From Candidatus Levyibacteriota bacterium (GTDB taxonomy: Bacteria; Patescibacteriota; Microgenomatia; Levybacterales; UBA12049), in contig JAGOUW010000001.1 in the NCBI GenBank assembly GCA_018061075.1, forward strand, positions 167,105 through 231,104: DNA of 64,000 bases, written 5' to 3'. Made by a program: the position numbers and the translations under genes. The notes below the pieces were generated by a model, which saw only the letters and a list, made by a program, of their open reading frames with translations, did not search any database and was not told the DNA's origin. Shown in pieces: positions 54,646-62,541 of the stretch (position 1 is its first letter; every line of letters starts with the position of its first letter).

Positions 54646-55977
54646 ATGCCTCCAGAAACCAGCGCCGGCAAGGGCGCTACTTCCATTGGTCCTGTTGCTG
54701 TTAGAAAACCAGATGGAAGCATGCATGTTCGAATCGATAGACCCAGACCCACTCCTGCTTACACAAACGGTCATGCTCAAGAAGTGACACCTGAATTTGT
54801 TGATCGAACACCAAAGTTAAGCGTGGAAACAGTAGTTCCCTTCTATCAAGTTGCAGCTGCGAGAACTGCTGTTGGTGTAGACAGCGCAAATAGAGAAAGA
54901 TACAGAAGACGTCCAATCTCAGAAAGATTAAGAGAGCAGTTTGAGGTAGATTTGGATGTTAGGGCAACTCCAGCGCTTGAAGCAAATATACATCAGGCAC
55001 CTTTTGTTTCAAATGTCGTACGAATTGAGCGAGCAAAAGAATTATGGAAATATGGAAGGCAGCTCCCAAACATTGAAGGTCCATATGGATTTGGAGAATT
55101 AATAGCGATTCAAGATAGGAGATTATTGGATGGTGCAGGATTTTTAGCATTGGGAAGAGCAAATCTAGTATTGGATCCAATTGAAAGGACAAAAGAGGCA
55201 TCAAGGCCTTCATACGCATTAGAAGAAGCAAGAAGAGGAAAAGGATCAACGGTTCAGATTGCAGGAGCGGTAAATCAGGAGCTAGGAGAAATGCCAACTG
55301 AAGAACAAGGTGCGTATTATGCTGATGGAATTACAGTAGGTCCGCGAGTTGCAGAGTTCATTAGAAGCCACGATGCGCAAGGTTTATTGGATAGGCCTAC
55401 TAAAGAATTAATAAGGCTTATATTAGAAGCACATAGATCAAATGATCCTAGAATAATTACGGCAGTTGTTTTAAGTAGAGAGAGAAATGCCAGGAAAATG
55501 GCAGAACTGGAAGCGCTTGGAGTGAATGTTCAAGCGATTCCTGACGGTGATTTAACTCATATGCTTGATGTAGCGACCCTACATGATTCAAGGAAACCTA
55601 AGATTGTAGTTGGAAGCGGTGGAAAGGAAGAAGGTGCTGCTGGAGCATTTGGATTAAAAACACAAAGAGCATATGCAGAAAGAAAATATGTTGGTAAGCA
55701 AGGAGAATTAGTTCCAGGAATTTCTCGAACTTTAACTATTGATCAAGTTGCGCCAGGAAATCCAGATAGTTATTTTGTAGTTTTTGCCTCAATCAATGGA
55801 GTTCCTGAATTGGGAATGGATGGAGTCACGAGGGCAATGATCCAAAGACCACATGACCCTGAGCCGAGGTCTACAAGGGGATCTGACTATAGAGTACAGG
55901 TAGGCTCAGTTACAAGTAGAGATCGCCATATTAGAAAAGATCTAATTCCCGTAACTAGAAATCGTTTGCACCACTAG
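54646..55977 (+). CDS. Divergent GlpX-like (class II fructose-1,6-bisphosphatase family) protein with an N-terminal extension
   Basis: LVLDPIERT (compare VDPIEGT), TAVVLSRERNARKMAELEALGVNVQAIPDGDL (compare ...KPRH...GVRV..IPDGDV), VGSGGKEEGA (compare GIGGAPEG), and FVVFASINGV. The first 100 aa or so are unassignable. Confidence 0.5.
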   Translation: MPPETSAGKGATSIGPVAVRKPDGSMHVRIDRPRPTPAYTNGHAQEVTPEFVDRTPKLSVETVVPFYQVAAARTAVGVDSANRERYRRRPISERLREQFEVDLDVRATPALEANIHQAPFVSNVVRIERAKELWKYGRQLPNIEGPYGFGELIAIQDRRLLDGAGFLALGRANLVLDPIERTKEASRPSYALEEARRGKGSTVQIAGAVNQELGEMPTEEQGAYYADGITVGPRVAEFIRSHDAQGLLDRPTKELIRLILEAHRSNDPRIITAVVLSRERNARKMAELEALGVNVQAIPDGDLTHMLDVATLHDSRKPKIVVGSGGKEEGAAGAFGLKTQRAYAERKYVGKQGELVPGISRTLTIDQVAPGNPDSYFVVFASINGVPELGMDGVTRAMIQRPHDPEPRSTRGSDYRVQVGSVTSRDRHIRKDLIPVTRNRLHH

Positions 55978-56003
55978 ATACATCTCGTTATAATAGACTA
56001 ATT

Positions 56004-58097
56004 ATGGCCAAGAAAAGAGGGTCTTATGGTAAGCGTGGAAAATTCAAAATAAAGCTTAAGACAAAGACAGTCTATACTATTTTTGCGTTAGGTCAGATAG
56101 TAGCAGGACTATTACTTCTTCTTTCTTTCAGTAATTCCGGAGAGACATTTATTTATATAAATACTTTTATAAGGCAGTATTTTGGGCCTTTCTCATTTTT
56201 CTTAGGGTTTGTTTTTATACTGTTTGGGTTCCTATTTTTCAAAACCAAATTTGCGCTCTCCCGTCCAAACGTAGCCATAGGATTTTTAATTCTTTTTGGC
56301 TCAGCAGTGGTTTTATTCAGGTCAGGTTATATAGGGCAGCTTATGTTTGCGAATATTTCTGATGTTATTACACCGATTGGCACTCTTTTGGTTTTTCTTG
56401 CTGGAATATTTATAGGGCTTGTAGTTTTATTTGATACTTCAGTTGATGAAATTTTAAAAGGTCTGTCTGCATTTAGAAAGACAGGCGGAAAAGTAGTTCC
56501 GACAGGTTTTCTAAAAAAACAAAAAGATCCGCTTCTTAACAAACAAATGACTATTAAAGATTCAAGCTTTAATAAGAATGGACCAATGATTATGTCTAAC
56601 TCAGTTAAGAAAGACGAGGCACTTATGTCTGAGAAACTTGTTAGTAATACTCTTTCCTCAGGATTAATTTGGGAATATCCGCCGTTAGATTTGCTTGAAG
56701 ACGGAGAAGGCGGAAAAGCTGACAGAGGAGACGTTAAGGCTACAGCTGCAAAGATTGAAGAGACTCTTCAGAGCTTTGGAATTATCGCAAAAGTTGTAGA
56801 AGTAAACCTTGGCCCAGCTGTTACACAGTATGCTTTGGAGATCGCACTTGGAACTAAAGTTTCTAAGATTACCTCTCTTGCTAACGATTTAGCGCTTAAT
56901 ACTCAGGCCCCAACCGGACAAATTAGAATTGAAGCTCCAATTCCTGGAAGGAATTTGGTGGGTATTGAAATTCCAAATAAATCTTTGGAAGTTGTAACTC
57001 TTCGTACGATGCTTTCCTCAGACCTCATGAGAAAATCTAAGTCTAAGCTTTCAGTGTCCCTAGGTCTTGATGTTAGTGGAAGCCCATTGATTGCTGATAT
57101 CGGGAAAATGCCTCACGTACTTGTAGCTGGAACTACTGGATCAGGAAAATCAGTACTCGTAAATTCATTCATCACCTCCCTACTTTTTAGAGCAAGTCCT
57201 GAAGAGGTAAAGCTTATTTTAATCGATCCAAAGCGCGTTGAATTAACTGGATATAACGGAATTCCACATCTTATGATTCCTGTTATCGTAGAGGTTGAAA
57301 AAATTCTTTCAGCGCTTAAATGGGCGACAAACGAGATGGATAGAAGATATAAAACTTTTGCGGAAAGAGGAGTCAGAAATATTGATGGATATAATGAGCT
57401 TGCAGGATTTCAGGCACTTCCATATATTATTATTTTCATCGATGAGTTAGCGGATCTTATGATGTTTGCGCCAGTTGAGGTCGAAGACACTATCGCGCGT
57501 CTTGCGCAAATGGCTCGTGCAACTGGAATTCATTTGGTAATTGCGACACAAAGGCCTTCAGTAGACGTTATTACGGGTCTTATTAAAGCAAACGTGCCGT
57601 GTAGAATCGCATTCAGCGTCAGTTCTATGATTGATTCACGCGTTATTATTGATGGACCTGGGGCCGAGAAACTACTAGGACGAGGAGATATGCTATATAT
57701 TCCTCCAGATCAAGCAAAACCAACTCGTATTCAGGGAGCATTTGTTTCGGATAAAGAGGTTAAAAAATTAGTGGAGTTTCTTAAGTCTAAGTCTCCAGCT
57801 GTTGAATATACAGAGGAAATTATTTCTACGCCTTATACGCCTAAAGGAAGCATTGGTACATCTGGTGCAGATGGAAAAGATCCAGTATTCGCAGAAGCTG
57901 TTAGAGTTATTTGTGAATATGATAAAGCCTCAGCTTCACTTCTACAAAGAAGGCTTTCAATTGGATATTCTAGAGCTGCGAGAATCTTGGATCAGCTTGA
58001 GGCCGCGGGAATTGTGGGGCGAGCAGAAGGAAGTAAGCCAAGAGACGTTTTGATTAAAGATCCTTCACAAATCCTTGGTGAGCCTCAAAGCGAGTAA
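56004..58097 (+). CDS. ftsK: DNA translocase FtsK/SpoIIIE
   Basis: N-terminal TM helices, PHVLVAGTTGSGKSV (Walker A), IIFIDELADLM (Walker B), and a C-terminal gamma wHTH (LLQRRLSIGYSRAARILDQLE). Confidence 0.92.
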   Translation: MAKKRGSYGKRGKFKIKLKTKTVYTIFALGQIVAGLLLLLSFSNSGETFIYINTFIRQYFGPFSFFLGFVFILFGFLFFKTKFALSRPNVAIGFLILFGSAVVLFRSGYIGQLMFANISDVITPIGTLLVFLAGIFIGLVVLFDTSVDEILKGLSAFRKTGGKVVPTGFLKKQKDPLLNKQMTIKDSSFNKNGPMIMSNSVKKDEALMSEKLVSNTLSSGLIWEYPPLDLLEDGEGGKADRGDVKATAAKIEETLQSFGIIAKVVEVNLGPAVTQYALEIALGTKVSKITSLANDLALNTQAPTGQIRIEAPIPGRNLVGIEIPNKSLEVVTLRTMLSSDLMRKSKSKLSVSLGLDVSGSPLIADIGKMPHVLVAGTTGSGKSVLVNSFITSLLFRASPEEVKLILIDPKRVELTGYNGIPHLMIPVIVEVEKILSALKWATNEMDRRYKTFAERGVRNIDGYNELAGFQALPYIIIFIDELADLMMFAPVEVEDTIARLAQMARATGIHLVIATQRPSVDVITGLIKANVPCRIAFSVSSMIDSRVIIDGPGAEKLLGRGDMLYIPPDQAKPTRIQGAFVSDKEVKKLVEFLKSKSPAVEYTEEIISTPYTPKGSIGTSGADGKDPVFAEAVRVICEYDKASASLLQRRLSIGYSRAARILDQLEAAGIVGRAEGSKPRDVLIKDPSQILGEPQSE

Positions 58098-58103
58098 TAA
58101 AAT

Positions 58104-58745
58104 ATGATTAATATAGGCGCACAGTTCCAGGAGGAACGAAAAAATCAGAATCTGTCTATTGAGGAGGTAGCTCGTGCAACAAAAATTAGAGCTGAATTTT
58201 TAAATGCAATTGAGCGCGGAGATTATAAAAAACTTCCGTCTCCAGCTTACGCGCATGGATTTGTCAGAAATTATGCTAAATTTTTAGGGCTTCCTGTAGA
58301 AAGAAGTTTAGCAATTTTTAGACGCGAATTTGATGAAAAAAAGAATATAGAAGTTTTACCTCGTGGGCTCACTAATTCTTCTGATTTTTCAATCCCCAGA
58401 TTTAAGATTGGGAAAAGCGCATTGCTAATTGGAGTCGTATTTTTAGCTTTAGCAGGTTTCTTATTTTTCCAGTATAGAGCTGCAGTGTTTAACCCGGGTT
58501 TAGATGTAGATTCACCGGAAGAAAATCAGGTACTTAGCTCTCTAAATATTGAAGTGCGCGGAAAGACAGATCCAAACGGAATTCTTATGGTAGAGAATGA
58601 ACAAGTGACAATTAATTCTGACGGAAGCTTTAAAAAGCAGATTACTGTTTTTCCGGGTTCTACATCATTAACGTTTCAAGTTGAGAATAAATTTGGAAGA
58701 ACTACAACGCTAGAGCGAAAAATTAATATTAAATTAGGGGATTGA
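58104..58745 (+). CDS. RodZ-like HTH membrane protein
   Basis: LSIEEVARATKIRAEFLNAIERGDYKKLPSPAYAHGFVRNYAKFLGL, then a single TM and an extracytoplasmic domain. Confidence 0.6.
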   Translation: MINIGAQFQEERKNQNLSIEEVARATKIRAEFLNAIERGDYKKLPSPAYAHGFVRNYAKFLGLPVERSLAIFRREFDEKKNIEVLPRGLTNSSDFSIPRFKIGKSALLIGVVFLALAGFLFFQYRAAVFNPGLDVDSPEENQVLSSLNIEVRGKTDPNGILMVENEQVTINSDGSFKKQITVFPGSTSLTFQVENKFGRTTTLERKINIKLGD

Positions 58746-58810
58746 TATAGTGAATATATCTTGACACTTAAGTTTTCATGATATAAGTTAATTAGTACTA
58801 ACGTCTCAAT

Positions 58811-58865
58811 GTCATCCTGAGGCTAAAGCCGAAGGATCCAGATTCTTCGTTTCACTCAGAATGAC
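58811..58865. repeat. 55-nt imperfect palindromic (REP-like) element
   Basis: GTCATCCTGAG-gctaaag-CCGAAGGATC-ca-GATTCTTCG-tttca-CTCAGAATGAC. Outer 11-nt and inner 9-nt arms pair with one mismatch each. Confidence 0.7.
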
Positions 58866-58883
58866 AGGCGTGAATATAAATAC

Positions 58884-59162
58884 ATGACTGATCCTGCCCA
58901 AATATTATTGTTTATCGTCATAATAATCCTGACACTACTTCTTTTAGTTTTAGGTATCCAAGTATTTTTTATTCTTAAGGATCTTCGAAAGACCATCACA
59001 AAGGCAAATAAAGTACTAGATAACACAGGAGATATCACTCAGAGTGTATCTCAGCCTCTCACGAGTATTTCATCTATTCTAATGGGTCTTAAAGCCGGTG
59101 GAACTATCGCCTCAATTATAAAAAAGGTTTCGGATGATAAGGAGGATAAGAAGAATGGGTAA
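58884..59162 (+). CDS. DUF948-like small membrane protein
   Basis: 92 aa with an N-terminal TM followed by a helical region. Paired with a YtxH-like gene. Confidence 0.5.
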   Translation: MTDPAQILLFIVIIILTLLLLVLGIQVFFILKDLRKTITKANKVLDNTGDITQSVSQPLTSISSILMGLKAGGTIASIIKKVSDDKEDKKNG

Positions 59163-59466
59163 CCACGGAAGATTTTCAGATGGAATACTTTTAGGAATGC
59201 TTATTGGAGGCGCTGCTGTTTTTTTACTCGGCACAAAAAAGGGAAATAAGATTTTAAAAACTATCACTGAGGATGGTTTAGCCGGACTTTCTGAGGTTGC
59301 GAAGGATCTTGAAAATGATGCAAGAAGAGAGACAAAGGTTCAGCTTAAAAAAGTAGAAGAGAAAATCGAAGACCTAGGAGATTCGATTGTTATTGAGACT
59401 GTAGGAAATGGTCAAGAATCTAAAACTTCTTCCAAGAGATTCTTCCGCAAAACCGCAAAAAATTAG
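59155..59466 (+). CDS. YtxH-like protein
   Basis: GILLGMLIGGAAVFLLGTKKGNKILK then a helical region. AGGAGG lies upstream of ATG 59155, which is preferred to the track start at 59134. Confidence 0.55.
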   Translation: MGNHGRFSDGILLGMLIGGAAVFLLGTKKGNKILKTITEDGLAGLSEVAKDLENDARRETKVQLKKVEEKIEDLGDSIVIETVGNGQESKTSSKRFFRKTAKN

Positions 59467-60419
59467 AGGCCGTAGGTAGAAATATTTTCTTCGTGTTCAT
59501 CAAGAGTTTGCGCATACCTGTTAACACCATTTTTATCAGTTATGTAAAAAAGATAAGGTGTTTCATCAGGATTTACTGCAGCTTGAAGGCTAAGTAGTCC
59601 TGGATTTGAGATTGGAGCTGGCGGAAGACCTGCTCTTCCGTAAGTATTGTAAAGTGAGGAAGACTGTTTGTCTTCATTTGTAATATTATTTGGCCACCAT
59701 TTTTTCGAAACCGAATCATAGCCTTTTATATATTGAAGCGTTGCGTCAATGTCTAGCTTCATTCCTATATCTAGTCTGTTGTGAATTACGCTTGAAACAA
59801 TGGGCCTATCTTCTGCGTGTCTTGCTTCGCGCTCTATTAAAGAAGCGAGAGTTACAATTTCGTTTTCAGTTAGATTTACTCTTGAAGTGTCTAAGGTTGC
59901 ATATTTAGAATCGAAATTATCTCTCATTATTTTTACAACTGCGTCTACATCTGCATCTTTTGGTAATAAATAAGTATCAGGGAATAAATATCCTTCATTT
60001 TTTTCTAAAACTCCCTCCCAGGAAGCGTCATATTTAGGCATAAGTTTTTCGAGAGTATCTGCGATTTCTCCCACGCGCTGACCTTCTGGAATTGTTATCC
60101 AAATATCTTCTGTTCCTACAGTTAATGATTGCGCTACAGCGCGCGCTGTCATAGATGGGTTTAGTCTAAAGCTTCCGGCCTGAATCTTACTATCAAGTCC
60201 TGTCTGTTTGGTAAGAAGAAAGAAAGCAGTTGGATCTTTAATAAGTCCTTGATCTTTAAGGTTTCTTGCAATTGATCTAACGCCCTCGCCCTGTTCAACT
60301 ATGAATATTTTAGGGGTATTATCATTTGAGTTAGCTGGGGAAGTTCCTCTTAGCCACCAGCCAAGAGAAAGAATAATAAGTACTGCGAGGATAGCAACCG
60401 TTACGTAAATTCTCTTCAT
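59463..60419 (-). CDS. mltG: Endolytic murein transglycosylase MltG (YceG-like)
   Basis: N-terminal TM, a LysM-like segment, EGYLFPDTYLLP, and ASLIEREA. Confidence 0.85.
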   Translation of the reverse strand: MKRIYVTVAILAVLIILSLGWWLRGTSPANSNDNTPKIFIVEQGEGVRSIARNLKDQGLIKDPTAFFLLTKQTGLDSKIQAGSFRLNPSMTARAVAQSLTVGTEDIWITIPEGQRVGEIADTLEKLMPKYDASWEGVLEKNEGYLFPDTYLLPKDADVDAVVKIMRDNFDSKYATLDTSRVNLTENEIVTLASLIEREARHAEDRPIVSSVIHNRLDIGMKLDIDATLQYIKGYDSVSKKWWPNNITNEDKQSSSLYNTYGRAGLPPAPISNPGLLSLQAAVNPDETPYLFYITDKNGVNRYAQTLDEHEENISTYGL

Positions 60420-61690
60420 TTAAACTTTACTAAAGGGAAGTTTTCTAATGACTCTTTTCCTTCCTTAAGATTATACACAGAATCGGAGTAAAAAGTACAG
60501 ATTGGCTCGTTCTTGCGAGCTTTCTCTCCAATTTTTTTATTCAAATAAATGCCAGCTGATTTCATGTCAGGGGCGCCAAGAATTCGAGTTATCATAGTAA
60601 GATTTTTAATGTTAAAACCTGCAATCTCGCAATTTCTTGGAGCAACATACTCAAATTTATGTTTTCCAGGCTTTAAATCTTTACTTGTTACTTTTGCATC
60701 TCCGCCCTGCGCCTTTATGATTTCTTTAAGCTTTGCTAGTGCAAGTCCTGAAAGAAGAATATGAAGCGCCCAGTTAAATCCATTCTTGTGTTCCTTGATT
60801 ATTTTATTTCTAAAAGCCGCAGGACTACTTGCAAGACAAAGTTCCAACAAACTTCCTGCGAGATTTATACTTCTTGCTTCTAAATCCGGAGCTCTTTTTG
60901 GATCTTGCTCTAAGACTAGTAGCGCTTCTTTTGTCTCAAGAACTGGACCGATGCCTCGCCCTGCTGGTTCATCTGTTTTGTGAATTAAAACTTCGATTTT
61001 TACCCCGAATTTTTTTGCGAGCTGTTCAAATTTTCTTTTAAGAAGTTTTGCATCATTTACATTATGAACTTTTACAGACTCACCATATGGAATATCAATT
61101 ACCACATGATTACTTCCAAATGCTACTTTTTTAGCCATGATTGAGATAAGAATCTTATCAAATGATTCAAAAAGAAGGACCTCTTCAACCTTTATAATTA
61201 CGTCATCAGCTGGTGCTATGTTAAAACTTCCACCCCAAACAATGCATCCATTAGTTTTCTTAACGGTCGCATATATTTTTTGTTTGGATAAATTTACCGG
61301 TGCGAGGATTTCGAAATCATCAGCGGTTCCGCCCGGAGTTGTGATAGCCCTAGAAGAGCTTTTAGGTATCTTAAAACCCGCTGCCGCAACGATGGGCACC
61401 ACTATCATGGTCGTTCTAGTTCCTGGGACTCCTCCTATAGAATGTTTGTCTGCGATGATTCCTGAGAAATTTAATTTTTCTCCAGTTTCAATCATGGCTT
61501 TAGTCAGATAATAAATTTCGTCGTCTGAAAATCCTTTTGAGAATCCAGAAGCTGCGAAATAAGTCGTTAAAACGTCTCCAAGTTTTTCTTTGGAGATTTG
61601 ATCCATGATGGCAAAAATTTCTTTATAGTTTAGTTCTCTGCCAACAAGCTTTTTTCTTATGGCGGCTATAGCCTGTTCTTTTTCATCCAT
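60416..61690 (-). CDS. deoA: Thymidine-phosphorylase-family enzyme, AMP-phosphorylase-like
   Basis: ADKHSIGGVPGTRTTMIVVPIVAAAG...SSRAITTPGGTAD. The HSIGGVPG variant resembles archaeal AMP phosphorylases rather than the HSTGGVGD of classical TP. Confidence 0.75.
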   Translation of the reverse strand: MDEKEQAIAAIRKKLVGRELNYKEIFAIMDQISKEKLGDVLTTYFAASGFSKGFSDDEIYYLTKAMIETGEKLNFSGIIADKHSIGGVPGTRTTMIVVPIVAAAGFKIPKSSSRAITTPGGTADDFEILAPVNLSKQKIYATVKKTNGCIVWGGSFNIAPADDVIIKVEEVLLFESFDKILISIMAKKVAFGSNHVVIDIPYGESVKVHNVNDAKLLKRKFEQLAKKFGVKIEVLIHKTDEPAGRGIGPVLETKEALLVLEQDPKRAPDLEARSINLAGSLLELCLASSPAAFRNKIIKEHKNGFNWALHILLSGLALAKLKEIIKAQGGDAKVTSKDLKPGKHKFEYVAPRNCEIAGFNIKNLTMITRILGAPDMKSAGIYLNKKIGEKARKNEPICTFYSDSVYNLKEGKESLENFPLVKFK

Positions 61691-61824
61691 GTTTGACTTG
61701 GTTAATCATGAGTTTTACTAAATTTTTAAGAAATTTTATTGTTGCAAAAAAAGTGTTATTTATGACCTTATAGATTGTCGGCCAAATGTTATATAAAATT
61801 CTTTGAATTCCAACTCTTTCCATA

Positions 61825-62541
61825 TTATTTTACAATTCTAGCTTTAATAATAAGCCTTTTCCAAATTGTACCAGGCGGGGTACAGGTAATAATAGTTAAA
61901 AAACTATCTGTAAAATTTTGAGCTAGAACTGAAGTGTCAGTTGGTTCGACTACAGTGATACTAATTATTTTATATTTGTGTTTTGCGCCATTTACTTCTG
62001 TATTTATCTCATCTCCAACTTCTAGTTTGTAGGCATTTGCAAGAACAGTTTTATAATTGTTCGGATCATACAATTGCGGTAGCGTCGAGTGACCAAAGAT
62101 TACAGAATTTCCGTCTTTTCCAGGTAGGGTGTCTGAATTAAACTGAACCATATGGCGAGTTAGATCCGTATCTTTATTTGAAACTTCAGCGTCAGCTATT
62201 CCTATTTTAGGAAAGGAAATTTTATAAGTCGCTACATTATTTGATTTTTGTGCTTCAGCTCCTGGATACCAGTTGTAAGCATTTGTATAATCTCTGTTCA
62301 TGGATCTTGTCGCGTTCTCGATAAGCGTTCCTAAATTTGTAGGGCTAATAACTGTTTGGTTTGGGATTGGAGCTTGGATTTTTTGAGACGCAAATGCCGG
62401 CGCAAAATAAATTTGCCATGAAAGGAGAGGGAAAAAAGTGTAAGCGAATAGTATAGCGCCAAAAATTAATACTCCAATGCTCCCAATTCTTACGAGTAGT
62501 TTATAATTTCTTCTTTTTCCCTTGTAGTAAATTTTACCCAT
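61825..62541 (-). CDS. Sortase (transpeptidase)
   Basis: N-terminal TM. His in NSVIFGHS, Cys in LTIITCTP (TLxTC-like), and a downstream Arg (WKRLIIKA). Overlaps the upstream ORF by 8 nt. Confidence 0.85.
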   Translation of the reverse strand: MGKIYYKGKRRNYKLLVRIGSIGVLIFGAILFAYTFFPLLSWQIYFAPAFASQKIQAPIPNQTVISPTNLGTLIENATRSMNRDYTNAYNWYPGAEAQKSNNVATYKISFPKIGIADAEVSNKDTDLTRHMVQFNSDTLPGKDGNSVIFGHSTLPQLYDPNNYKTVLANAYKLEVGDEINTEVNGAKHKYKIISITVVEPTDTSVLAQNFTDSFLTIITCTPPGTIWKRLIIKARIVK

